The notes under the pieces are model-generated. The model made no database searches, was not told the DNA's origin, and worked only from the letters and a program-made list of their open reading frames with translations. 64,000 bases of DNA from a virus. Its lineage: Duplodnaviria > Caudoviricetes. Positions within the stretch are counted from its first letter, which is position 1. Every line of letters starts with the position of its first letter. Shown here piece by piece: positions 46,722 through 55,900 of this stretch. Location of the stretch: the IMG/VR virus record IMGVR_UViG_3300033405_000003. One strand, written 5' to 3'. The translations under genes were made by a program, and so were the position numbers.

Positions 46722-47143
46722 TACTGCACCACCCAGATGATGATTTCGAAGCCCGCCGGCGGGTCTGCCAGCGCGACCGGGAACGTCTGCATCACGATGA
46801 GCACCTGGTCGGCTCCGACGCCCGGGGTCGGGCTGAGGAGGTAGAGGACGGCCGTGGTGGAGATGATCGAGATCGGCGGGGCGCCGCTCCCGCGCACCGT
46901 CACCATCGTGCGGACGTTCGGGTCGCTGATCGGCGAGGCGCCGGGCTGCACGGCCCCCGCGTTGCCGGGGAGCCCTTCGTCGAGGTCGAGCACGTACGCT
47001 CCGAGCGGGAAGCCTACGGCCCGCGAGATCGCCGACACTCCAACGCCGGTGAACTCGACCGGCGTCGAGGGGCCGACGCCGTTCGGGAACGTCACGACGC
47101 CCTGGACGATGGGTTGGAAAGGAGTGACAGCGTAATCGGTCAT
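46721..47143 (-). CDS. MxDYA paralog 6
   Basis: MTDYAVTPFQPIVQG; LDEGLPGNAG. Confidence 0.8.
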   Translation of the reverse strand: MTDYAVTPFQPIVQGVVTFPNGVGPSTPVEFTGVGVSAISRAVGFPLGAYVLDLDEGLPGNAGAVQPGASPISDPNVRTMVTVRGSGAPPISIISTTAVLYLLSPTPGVGADQVLIVMQTFPVALADPPAGFEIIIWVVQ

Positions 47144-47595
47144 GGCACTGGCCCTCCTCCAAGCCCTCTCCAGACGACGACTTGGAACCCGTTGGCGGGA
47201 TCGAACGGCAGGAAGACGGCCTCCGTGATCACGATCTCGATCTGCGGTGCGCCGACGCCGGACAGCGCGCTCGGGATGTAGCTCACCCCGATCGACTGGA
47301 CGAAGGCGACCGCCGGGAAAGTGGTGATCGGCGTGACCATCGTCCGCACATCGGGGTCCGGCGGAAACGCCGGCGCCGGTGGCTGAAGGGAGGACGCTGC
47401 GAAAGGGACGGCGCCCGCGTTGCCCGGCAGACCGGCATCAAGCGTCAAGATGTACACGCCCAACGGGAAGCCCGCGGCGCGCGTGATCGCGGAGACGCCC
47501 TTGCCGTCGAAGAACGGCTGCGTTCCCGGGCCTCCCGGGAACGTGACGATCCCCTCGACGATCGGTTGGATGGGTGCTGCTGCGTAGTCGGGCAT
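47140..47595 (-). CDS. MxDYA paralog 5
   Basis: MPDYAAAPIQPIVEG; LTLDAGLPGNAG. Confidence 0.8.
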   Translation of the reverse strand: MPDYAAAPIQPIVEGIVTFPGGPGTQPFFDGKGVSAITRAAGFPLGVYILTLDAGLPGNAGAVPFAASSLQPPAPAFPPDPDVRTMVTPITTFPAVAFVQSIGVSYIPSALSGVGAPQIEIVITEAVFLPFDPANGFQVVVWRGLGGGPVP

Positions 47596-47599
47596 GATG

Positions 47600-48124
47600 T
47601 CAGGTTTCGATAGGCGCGAAGAGCGGTCCCACGAGGTTCGTCGAGTAGCTGTCGGGTCCGGCGTTGCCGCGCCAGATCACGATCTCGCACCCGTTGCCGT
47701 CGGTGCCGATCGGGTCGGTCGCGAGGCCCGTGACGGACGCGACGAGGGTGACACGCACCACGTTCGAGCCGATGCCGGGCACCGGGTTGAGGACGTAGAC
47801 CCCGGGCGACGGGCTCGCGGCGTAGGAGATCGACTTCTGGTCGATCGTCGTGGAGCCGTGGACCGGATTCGGCAACGATCCTCTGATTGTGATGAATGAC
47901 CTCCCGAAGATGGGGTCGATGGCGACGTCTCCCGGCAGGCCCTCGTCGAGCGTGAGGAGGTAGTCACCGGCTGGCTGCCCCATGAAGGGTGCGCCCGCGG
48001 GGGTACGCACGATAGACGAGACGCCGCGCCCGCTGAACGAGGGGGTCGGAACCGTCTGGACCGAGACGATCGTGATGAGCCCCTGAACGATGGGCTCGGA
48101 CGGGGCGGCGGCGTAATCAGTCAC
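47600..48124 (-). CDS. MxDYA paralog 4
   Basis: MTDYAAAPSEPIVQG; LTLDEGLPGDV. Confidence 0.8.
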   Translation of the reverse strand: MTDYAAAPSEPIVQGLITIVSVQTVPTPSFSGRGVSSIVRTPAGAPFMGQPAGDYLLTLDEGLPGDVAIDPIFGRSFITIRGSLPNPVHGSTTIDQKSISYAASPSPGVYVLNPVPGIGSNVVRVTLVASVTGLATDPIGTDGNGCEIVIWRGNAGPDSYSTNLVGPLFAPIET

Positions 48125-48127
48125 CGG

Positions 48128-48568
48128 TCACAACCCCTTCCAGACGATGATCTCCGCGCCGTTCGCGACGGCTCCTGTCGGGTCGACCGCCGTGTGCGTC
48201 GCGTCCGTGAACACGATCAGTACGGCCTTGAATCCACCGTCCTCCCCGATCTGCCCGTAGGCAACGCCGATGCCCGCGACCGATGTCGCGCCCGGCACTG
48301 CGTTCGTGATGCTCCCCCTGGCGGTGACGAGCGTGCGCGCGTCCGGCTGCTGGAGGATGAGGGCAAAGGTGGGTCCTGGTTGAAGTTCGCCGGCGTTTCC
48401 GGGAAGGCCCTCGTCGAGCGTGAGGGTGTAGAGGATCGACGTCCCAGCGACGGTGCGCGTCACCGACGCAACGCCCTTGCCCTCGAACGTCGGTACGAGC
48501 GTCACGGGGTCCACCGTGAGGAGGCCCTGGACGATCGGTTGGATCGGCGCTGCTGCGTAGTCGGTCAT
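48128..48568 (-). CDS. MxDYA paralog 3
   Basis: MTDYAAAPIQPIVQG; LTLDEGLPGNAG. Confidence 0.8.
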   Translation of the reverse strand: MTDYAAAPIQPIVQGLLTVDPVTLVPTFEGKGVASVTRTVAGTSILYTLTLDEGLPGNAGELQPGPTFALILQQPDARTLVTARGSITNAVPGATSVAGIGVAYGQIGEDGGFKAVLIVFTDATHTAVDPTGAVANGAEIIVWKGL

Positions 48569-48641
48569 GGCACTCCTTCGTGAGGCGCCGTCGCGGCGAC
48601 GATTTCGACAAGAAGATCGTCGCCGCTCCGGGCGCCCGTCG

Positions 48642-49106
48642 TTAGTTGTTCGGGAAGAGCGGGCCGATGAGGTTCGCGTTCACCAGCTCGACGCCCGCGT
48701 CCCCGCGCCGGAGGACGATCTCGAGCCCCGTCTCGAAGTCTGTCGGCGTGGCGCCGGCCGCGAGGAAGATCTCGATCTTCGTCGCGCCCACGCCCCGGAC
48801 CGGCGAGAGGATGTAGTTGACCGCCTTCGAATCGATGGCGGTGGGGGCGCCGGCCACGATGCCTGACGGCCCGCGGACCGTCATCTGGAAGAGCCCGGCG
48901 GCCGGGTCGATGGCGACGTCGCCCGGGAGCCCCGGATCGAGCGTGAGGATGTAATGGCCCGGGCCCACGTAGGAGGGCCCGTTCGGACCAGTCTGAATCA
49001 CGCCGATCCCGAAGAAGGAGATCCCGTCCCCGGGGACATCCGGGTTCACGAACGAGATGAGCCCTTGAACGATCGGCTGCACCGGGGCTGCTGCGTAGTC
49101 CGTCAT
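48642..49106 (-). CDS. MxDYA paralog 2
   Basis: MTDYAAAPVQPIVQG; LTLDPGLPGDV. Confidence 0.8.
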   Translation of the reverse strand: MTDYAAAPVQPIVQGLISFVNPDVPGDGISFFGIGVIQTGPNGPSYVGPGHYILTLDPGLPGDVAIDPAAGLFQMTVRGPSGIVAGAPTAIDSKAVNYILSPVRGVGATKIEIFLAAGATPTDFETGLEIVLRRGDAGVELVNANLIGPLFPNN

Positions 49107-49600
49107 GGCGACTCCACGCCGGCCCACACGACGACTTCGAGGCCGTTCGCGTTCGGGGTAAAGGGGTCCGCGAGGCCGCCGACGACGCCGGACGTCGAGA
49201 CCACGATCATGACCTGCCTGAGCCCGCCGTCTGCGGGAGCTGGCACCGTGAAGTTGCCGTAGGCCACCGACACGGAGATGAGAGTCGTCACCGTGGGCGC
49301 ACCCGCGACGATGGGAGCCCTCACATCGACGAGCGTGCGCGGGAGCGGGGCTGCTGGGGTGAGCGCGCCATCGGGGGTCGGTTCGACCTCGCCCGCGTTG
49401 CCCGGCAGTCCTTGGTCGAGCGTCAGGACGAAGACGCCCTGCGGGTGCGTGTTGTCGCGCCCAACGCCGTTCGGAGATGCTTGCGCGCTCGGCACGAGGA
49501 GCGCTCCTCTTCCCGTGAAAGACACCACCCCGCCGAGGGCGGACACGGTGATGAGGCCCTGGACGATGGGCTGCACGGCAGCCGCTGCGTAATCAGTCAT
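49103..49600 (-). CDS. MxDYA paralog 1
   Basis: MTDYAAAAVQPIVQG; LTLDQGLPGNAG. Confidence 0.8.
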   Translation of the reverse strand: MTDYAAAAVQPIVQGLITVSALGGVVSFTGRGALLVPSAQASPNGVGRDNTHPQGVFVLTLDQGLPGNAGEVEPTPDGALTPAAPLPRTLVDVRAPIVAGAPTVTTLISVSVAYGNFTVPAPADGGLRQVMIVVSTSGVVGGLADPFTPNANGLEVVVWAGVESP

Positions 49601-49854
49601 GGGTGCATTCCTCTCGATGTGAGTTGTTGACGAGAACCGAAACTCAGAATCGAAAGCGCCGTGCACCTATTCACGCCGCAGTCCAGGCAAGCCTACCACA
49701 AGAGAAGCGTTTTCAAATTTTCCGGAAATCTCTTGACGACCCCCGAACGCGTTTTTCCATGCGTGGGGATCGCAGTAGGTTCCTGCGCCAACAAGGCCTA
49801 CACCGAACGCTTGGCGGCGCGCGCCCCACCGGCGCTCCCGCCAAGCGTGGCCGC

Positions 49855-50208
49855 TCATTTCGGGAGCCGCTCGAGCGATCCGAGGCGCTCGCGGTACTCG
49901 TCTTCGGGGACCGTCTCGACGTAGAGCCCGCCGCCGACGGCCTGGCGTCCCGCCTCCTGCTGCGCGCGGTACGTCTCGACGGCCTTCTCGAAGTACGCGA
50001 CCGTCTTCTCGAACGCCTCCTCGGTGACGCGCACCTCGCTGCCCACGCCGAACGAATCGCTCAGAGCCTTGAAACCGGCCGCGACCGCGTCGCGGACGCG
50101 GTAGCCGCGGTTCAGGAACTCAGTCACAAAGTGGATGAGGCGCCTCTGGGTGTCCTGGGGCGCCTGGATCGTGATCTCGTTGGGCATCGCGGCCTGGTTC
50201 ATTCTCAT
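49855..50208 (-). CDS. hypothetical protein
   Basis: MRMNQAAMPNEI, helical ORF. Confidence 0.65.
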   Translation of the reverse strand: MRMNQAAMPNEITIQAPQDTQRRLIHFVTEFLNRGYRVRDAVAAGFKALSDSFGVGSEVRVTEEAFEKTVAYFEKAVETYRAQQEAGRQAVGGGLYVETVPEDEYRERLGSLERLPK

Positions 50209-50507
50209 CATCCTTCTTGTCTCTGGGGGACGCGCCTCACGTAGAGCTGGAAGAGTTCGCTGTAGCGCGGCACTGGTTCCGGCGGGACGTAGTCGATGAA
50301 CGTGGGGCGCATGCCCGCCCTCTTCATCTCGCAGGTGTCCTGCGAGTGGCCGCGCTCGAGGCACCACTCGCATTTCCGGCCCTTCTTCTGCGCGAGCGAC
50401 CCCTCGCGCCTCTCCCTCGCGCGCTCGTGGTAGCAGGCCGAGCAGAGCCCGGAACGGTTGTACGGCTGGAGCACCGCCCCGCACTTGCACCGGGCGAGCG
50501 CCGTCAC
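50208..50507 (-). CDS. double Zn-finger protein with CCHC knuckle
   Basis: CKC...CSAC and CEWCLERGHSQDTC (CX2CX4HX4C). Confidence 0.75.
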   Translation of the reverse strand: MTALARCKCGAVLQPYNRSGLCSACYHERARERREGSLAQKKGRKCEWCLERGHSQDTCEMKRAGMRPTFIDYVPPEPVPRYSELFQLYVRRVPQRQEG

Positions 50508-50764
50508 TGCGCCGCCCCGAGTCTCGAGAAGAGCGCGCGGGTCGGCTCGTCGAGCTTCCCGGTCGGCTGCAGGCCGTAAGCCTGCTGCACTTGCCGGATG
50601 GCGTTCTTCGCCTCCTCGTATTTGGCGCGGTATCGCATCTCGGTCTCCGCTCTCCGGATCTGCCAGTAGGCGTAGAGGCCGGCGCCCACAATCGACACCG
50701 CGCCGAGGTAGAGCGAGAGTTTGGCGTAATCGGGGCTCCGCTCGCGCTCGCTCTCTCTCGGCAT
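50504..50764 (-). CDS. small TM protein with partial PG-binding motif
   Basis: AIRQVQQAYGLQPTGKLDEPT. Confidence 0.75.
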   Translation of the reverse strand: MPRESERERSPDYAKLSLYLGAVSIVGAGLYAYWQIRRAETEMRYRAKYEEAKNAIRQVQQAYGLQPTGKLDEPTRALFSRLGAAQ

Positions 50765-50808
50765 CGGGATGACCTGCCTCCGTGAGTAATCTCTGATTCA
50801 GAGGAACG

Positions 50809-51750
50809 TCAGTGCGAGATGCGCTCGGGGACGTACTGTGTCCCGGCCCCGCCGGCCTGCGTGATCACGGCCTGGTTGCCCGGCGCGACGATCGTGTCCT
50901 GGCTGTTCGGCCGCTGGATCGGCTGCGCGATGACGCCGTCGGTCCCGAGCGCCGAGTGCCCCTGCGGCGTCGCCACGTGAACGACGTTGTTCATGACGCC
51001 CGCCTGGTTCGGCGGCTGGAACGTGCTGCCCGTGGGCGGCACGATCTTCGTCCCGCCGACGTCGTACGGGCGCATCTGCGACGCGACGACCCCGGCGCCG
51101 GTCGCCACCTGGGCCTGCGGCACCTGGCTGGGTTGCCCCACGACCGGCACGGCTGCCGCGGGGGGCGGCTGCTGGCGATGGAGATGCGCGAGGTGCGGCG
51201 GGTACCAGGGCACGTCCTGCCCTACCTGGACCTGCGCCTGAGCGGGGCTCGTGACCGGCGGCGGGACAGCGGCCTGCGCCATCGGCTGCGGCTGGTGGAG
51301 ATGCGCGAGGTGCGGCGGGTACCACGGCGCGGCCGGCGCCGCGGCCTGGGCCGGCGGCTGCATCCCGCCCGGGCCCCCGACGACATTGTAGTGCTGCGCC
51401 GGCTGGTGCGGCTGCCCAACCGGGACGATCGGGATGCCCCCGTTGCCGTGCACCTCGGCCTCGACGAAACGGGGCAAGCCCTGCGGGCCATGCCCGACGT
51501 CCTGGGCCGGCGCGGGCGCCCCCGTCGTTTCCAGCGTGCCGAACTGACGCGGCTGCTGCGCGAGCGGCTCCGCCGGCGCGGCCTCCACGTCCTCGAGCAG
51601 CCCGAGGCGGGCGCACTCGCCGACGCACTCGCGCACGATGGCGTCGGCCATCTGCTTGACGCTCGCCATGTCGCTACTCGCGCCCGCCTTGCTCACGCAG
51701 GCAGAGAGCACGTGCGGCGTGAGGTTCATGTACAGTTCTTCGGAACGCAT
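50809..51750 (-). CDS. Pro/Gln-rich protein; paralog of 12875..13405
   Basis: RECVGECARLG; PWYPPHLAHLH twice. Confidence 0.75.
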   Translation of the reverse strand: MRSEELYMNLTPHVLSACVSKAGASSDMASVKQMADAIVRECVGECARLGLLEDVEAAPAEPLAQQPRQFGTLETTGAPAPAQDVGHGPQGLPRFVEAEVHGNGGIPIVPVGQPHQPAQHYNVVGGPGGMQPPAQAAAPAAPWYPPHLAHLHQPQPMAQAAVPPPVTSPAQAQVQVGQDVPWYPPHLAHLHRQQPPPAAAVPVVGQPSQVPQAQVATGAGVVASQMRPYDVGGTKIVPPTGSTFQPPNQAGVMNNVVHVATPQGHSALGTDGVIAQPIQRPNSQDTIVAPGNQAVITQAGGAGTQYVPERISH

Positions 51751-51782
51751 GGGTTGTCCTCTTTCTCTTTCTCGGTCAAAAA

Positions 51783-53051
51783 TCAAACATTGATATAGAA
51801 GAACGCGAAGAACGGGATCTCGATGGACCCCGCGGCGGCGCTGTTGCCGCCGAAGACGTCGATGGACGTGGCGCCGGGCACGATCGGCACGGGCGACTCC
51901 GGGTCGGACGGGAACGGCCCGACAGTCGCCCCAGGGATGTCGAGGTTCTGCGTCCACTCGACCGTGACCGCGGCGGGCGTGTCCGCGGGGTTGTAGAACC
52001 CCCCGAAGATCGCGACCGAGATCGCGCCGTGCGGGATGGGGATCCGCGCGCGGTTCGTGAAGGGCGCAGGCGAGGGACCGCTCGACGGCACGCTGCCGTT
52101 AAAGATGCGCGTCGGGAGCGTCTCCTGGTCGGGCGTCGGGGAGAGGCCCTCGGCGGGCCACCCCGAGAAGATCACGGGGACCTGCTGCGCCCCGGCGTTC
52201 ACGATCGTGCCTGGGATGTTCCCCTGAAGCTCCATGATGTTCGGGGGCAGGTCCGAGAACGAATCGTTCGTGAGTTCGGGGCCGCCGGGGTAGAGGAGGT
52301 ACGTCCGGAGAATGTCCGGCTCCGCGCCGGTGTCCGCGTGGGCGAAGTAGCGCGGGACGATGCGCCCGGCGATCCGGAGGAACGAATCGACCGTCGGGAG
52401 CTTCACCATGGTGCCCGGCCGCACGTCGAACGCCATCTGGCGCTGGGTGCCGAGGTGCCCGAACGCCGCGACGGCGATCGAGACGGCCCCGCCGAAGAAC
52501 GGCGTCGCGGGTTCGCTCGAACCCACCGGCACGACGAGGAGCGGGGAGTTGCTGCTGGGCGCAGGCGGGTCGACCTGCACGACGCCGAGGATCTCGCGCC
52601 CGAGTTCCCAGCGGATGCGCACCGGCGAGGCCGGCGTGTCGAAGGTCGCTGGGCTCCAGGTCCCTTCCTCCTGCTGCGCGATGTCGTCGCCGTCCCGGCG
52701 CCTGAGCCTCTCGCTCAGCGGGACGATGGCGACGTCCTGGTGCGTGATCGGCGCGCGGTGCCCGACGGAGTCCTGCTTGCCGTAGCGAGCGGGCAGGCGC
52801 GGGTCTGGGCTGGGCTGGTTCTCGATCGTCGATCGGCCCTGGGCGTACTGGAGGTAGTCGGGGTTGTCGGGCGACTCCCACGCGATCTGCGGCCCCTCGG
52901 CGTACGGCGCGTAAGGGAGCTGGACGAGTTCGCCCTGGCGGTTGAACGCGTAACCGAACGGGGCGACCTGCCCGTACTGGTTGTGGGTGAAGTACTCCGG
53001 CAGGCCCGGGACGTACCCGTGCTGCTGCGAGTGCGGGCCTTGGCCGTTCAA
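51783..53051 (-). CDS. beta-rich structural protein candidate (vertex/penton-like?)
   Basis: TTG start after GAGG; aromatic N-terminal arm followed by beta-patterned domains. Confidence 0.6.
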   Translation of the reverse strand: MNGQGPHSQQHGYVPGLPEYFTHNQYGQVAPFGYAFNRQGELVQLPYAPYAEGPQIAWESPDNPDYLQYAQGRSTIENQPSPDPRLPARYGKQDSVGHRAPITHQDVAIVPLSERLRRRDGDDIAQQEEGTWSPATFDTPASPVRIRWELGREILGVVQVDPPAPSSNSPLLVVPVGSSEPATPFFGGAVSIAVAAFGHLGTQRQMAFDVRPGTMVKLPTVDSFLRIAGRIVPRYFAHADTGAEPDILRTYLLYPGGPELTNDSFSDLPPNIMELQGNIPGTIVNAGAQQVPVIFSGWPAEGLSPTPDQETLPTRIFNGSVPSSGPSPAPFTNRARIPIPHGAISVAIFGGFYNPADTPAAVTVEWTQNLDIPGATVGPFPSDPESPVPIVPGATSIDVFGGNSAAAGSIEIPFFAFFYINV

Positions 53052-53290
53052 GGCGCAATCCTCATAAATTGAGGGACAGCTCGCGGGGCGGCTTGTGTGT
53101 TCATGGTGACGGGTCCGTCGAAATGCAGCAGCCACGACGAAGACCGCCCGTCACCTATTACGGTCGCTCTAAGTCAAGAGGGATTTTGCTCCATCCCGCC
53201 CGAAAAGACCAGCCGAAAAGACGAGGCGAATCAATGTCCTCGCGTGGCGGGATCGCGTGGCGGTTTGCGACTAACCGAGGATCTCGGTCA

Positions 53291-54373
53291 TCACGGCTGC
53301 TCGATGCAGTAGAGCGAGTACTGCTGCCCGCAGACGTAGAGATAATTCTCCTCCGTCCAGCTCGAGTTCGTGGAGGAACCGAGGCCGAAAGAGCCGGCGT
53401 AACTATCGCTGCCCTCGGTCCAGTTCGCGCACGTGCAACCGGACGAGCTGTTGCACCCGGCGAGCGTCGTGCCGTCGGGCGCGGTGCCCGTCCAGGCGAC
53501 CCCGGAGAAAGGCGCCGTGGTTTCGTTGACCAGCACGAGCGTGTTGTGCTCGTCCCGATCGATGGCGTGGAGGAGCGATCCGGACGCGAGGCCCGTCCAA
53601 TCGTTCGCGACGACGGTGCCGTCGAGCAACTGGTACGGGACGCTCGCGTGCTCGAGGCGCGAGGCGGCGCTCGACGTCGACGTGGAGAGCCACGCGGCCC
53701 ACGTGCCGCCGAGCCCCGCGCCCGTCGCGACAGAACCGCACGTCGAATCGGCCCCGGAGGAACCACCAAAATTCGCCGAGTAGTCCCCCGAGGTGATGAA
53801 GACGCGCCTGTAGGCCTGGACATGCGCGTCCGCCTCCGCGGAGTCGGTGCTGGCGTCCACCGTCACGGGGCCATCGACCGCAGCGTCCGCGTCCGCCCGA
53901 CCAGACTCCACCGCCGCATCCGTCTGCGCGTCCCCTGGATCGCCGCCGTCAGGGTACAGGAAGGTGTCGGTGGAGCATCCCGCCGTGGCCAGGGACGTAC
54001 AGGCTCCCACGAGGGCGAACAACCAGGCCCGCAGCGGATAAGGCGTCCGGCGCGCGGATCGACCCCAAGCCTTGCGGATGACCCTACACTCGCCGAGCAC
54101 GCGAGCCGCCAGGTCGTCCGCCGCGCTGATGACGCGGTCGAGGCTTCCGCGCTCACCCGCGTCCGCACCCACCGGCGCGCACTCGTCGCAGCTCGCCCCC
54201 GCGCCCTCGGCGACGTCGCCCATCTCGTCCATCCAGACGAAGACGTCGTCCTCCGCGCCCTCGCTCACCCGCACGTGCGCTCCTGCGTGGATGCTCGAGA
54301 GCCTCGACGCAAGGTGCTCGCACCACCCCTCGCCGCCGTGCGCCGTCGAGACGTGGATCGTGACGCCGCTCAC
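53291..54373 (-). CDS. DUF1554/endostatin-like lectin-fold lipoprotein (start uncertain)
   Basis: Lipobox-like TAGC, DA-rich linker, RRVFITS...GADSTC...WAAWLS...LYCIEQ. Confidence 0.75.
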   Translation of the reverse strand: MSGVTIHVSTAHGGEGWCEHLASRLSSIHAGAHVRVSEGAEDDVFVWMDEMGDVAEGAGASCDECAPVGADAGERGSLDRVISAADDLAARVLGECRVIRKAWGRSARRTPYPLRAWLFALVGACTSLATAGCSTDTFLYPDGGDPGDAQTDAAVESGRADADAAVDGPVTVDASTDSAEADAHVQAYRRVFITSGDYSANFGGSSGADSTCGSVATGAGLGGTWAAWLSTSTSSAASRLEHASVPYQLLDGTVVANDWTGLASGSLLHAIDRDEHNTLVLVNETTAPFSGVAWTGTAPDGTTLAGCNSSSGCTCANWTEGSDSYAGSFGLGSSTNSSWTEENYLYVCGQQYSLYCIEQP

Positions 54374-55104
54374 GGCTGCTCCATGCAGATGAAGGAGAGC
54401 GTGGCCGCCGCCTCGCAGTAGGAGACGTAGTCGGTCCAGTCCGCGCCCGTCTGGTTGTCGATCCCGCAGGCGCCCTCGTGCGCCGCGTCGTCCGACCCGC
54501 TCGCGTACGTCCAGTCGGAGCACGTGCTGTCGGTGTACGTCGTGCTCGTGGAGCCGTCCGCGGCCGTGCCCGTCCAGGCGAAGCCGGACGTGTAGTACGC
54601 GATGGGAACGGCCTTGCCGTTCTCGTCGAGGCCGATCGGGGCCGAGAGCGGCCCCGTCGTCAGGGACGACCAGTTCGCGGCGATCTCGGTCCCGTCAAGG
54701 AGCTTGTAGGGCACTGCCGCGTGCTCGAGACGCGACGCCGCGCTCGTCGCCTTCGTCGAGAGCCAAGCGGCCCAGTTCCCGCCGAGGCCGGCGCCCGCCG
54801 CCGCGTCGGCGCACGCCTTGTCGGCGACCGCGAGCCCGCCGAAGTTCGGCCCGAAAGTCTTCGACGTGAGAAAGACGCGCCGGTACGACGGGAGCGTGTA
54901 TCCGTCGTAGCCGTCGCCGCTGCCGGAGTCGGCCGGGCCCGCATCGGCGTCGCCAGAGTCAGGGTCAACGGGCGCGTCCGTGGCGGCGTCCGCGACGGGG
55001 GGCCCGTCGCTGGGATCTGCGGCGTCCCCGCCGTCGGGAAAAGTGAGCGCGGGGCTCGCACCCGAGCAGCCGACCAAAATCAACATCAGATAAATGTGGC
55101 GCAT
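54370..55104 (-). CDS. DUF1554/endostatin-like lectin-fold lipoprotein
   Basis: MRHIYLMLILVGC lipobox; RRVFLTS...ADKAC...WAAWLS...FICMEQ. Confidence 0.8.
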   Translation of the reverse strand: MRHIYLMLILVGCSGASPALTFPDGGDAADPSDGPPVADAATDAPVDPDSGDADAGPADSGSGDGYDGYTLPSYRRVFLTSKTFGPNFGGLAVADKACADAAAGAGLGGNWAAWLSTKATSAASRLEHAAVPYKLLDGTEIAANWSSLTTGPLSAPIGLDENGKAVPIAYYTSGFAWTGTAADGSTSTTYTDSTCSDWTYASGSDDAAHEGACGIDNQTGADWTDYVSYCEAAATLSFICMEQP

Positions 55105-55288
55105 GTCAGTCACCGTCCTTGCGTCTGCGCCGGCCCGTGGCGTGCGCCTCGACGTGTTCGGCGAGGACACGCGCCACGTAGTTTGACACCGTTCGGTCCT
55201 CCATGTCGGCGAGCCCGCCGAGGGCCCTCGCGAGCGCGGGGTCGACGTAGACTTCGAGGCGCTGGAGTTTCGCTCTCTTCATGCCATC

Positions 55289-55317
55289 AGTCTAACGCCC
55301 CTCCACACCCCGCGCAA
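55289..55317 (-). promoter_or_regulatory. sigma70-like promoter
   Basis: TTGCGC-N17-TAGACT upstream of the lipoprotein pair. Confidence 0.45.
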
Positions 55318-55342
55318 GGGCGTGACGAGGTATTTTGACGGC

Positions 55343-55900
55343 TCAGTGACGGTCGTGCGGCCCGAAGAAAAAGCTGAACGGATCCGCTTCCTTGAGCATG
55401 GCGAACATCTCCTCCATGCGCTGGAGCCGCTGCGCGAAGTGGCTCACCCGCCCGAAGGACAGGAGGACCATCTCCGAGCCCGCGATCATCCTCGCGAGGT
55501 TCGTGGCGGCGCTCGCGGCCTCGTGCGGGTTCGTGTTCGGGTGCGTGGCGAGCTTCAGGTACTTCTGCGCCTTCAGCTCGATCTTCTCGCACGCCCCCAC
55601 GTCAAACTGCTCGAGCGTGATCTCGCCGGCGTGCTCCTCCGCGTACTCCTGCAAGCGCTGGCGCATGCCGTCGATGAACGCGCGAAGCTCGTCCGGGTAG
55701 CGCCTGCGGCGCGTCGGGAGCAGGTGTGCCGCGAGCCTGTAGCCCCCGAGGCGCCAGCTCTTCACGACTTCTGGGTAGGGGGGCTCGCGGTAACCGCTGG
55801 TGGGGTGAATCTTCGCGATGAGCCACTCGCCCACCTCGCGGTAGAAAGATGTCTCCGATTCGCGACCCTCGAGCCGTGTCCCGGTGTAGTCCATCGTCAC
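55343..55900 (-). CDS. protein with DUF2786-like motif
   Basis: KYLKLATHPNTNPHEAASA. Confidence 0.7.
   Translation of the reverse strand: MTMDYTGTRLEGRESETSFYREVGEWLIAKIHPTSGYREPPYPEVVKSWRLGGYRLAAHLLPTRRRRYPDELRAFIDGMRQRLQEYAEEHAGEITLEQFDVGACEKIELKAQKYLKLATHPNTNPHEAASAATNLARMIAGSEMVLLSFGRVSHFAQRLQRMEEMFAMLKEADPFSFFFGPHDRH

Noticed and set aside
46203-49600. CRISPR array or DGR cassette
   Set aside because: Repeats are diverged protein-coding paralogs; no cas genes, reverse transcriptase or adenine-specific TR/VR pair seen
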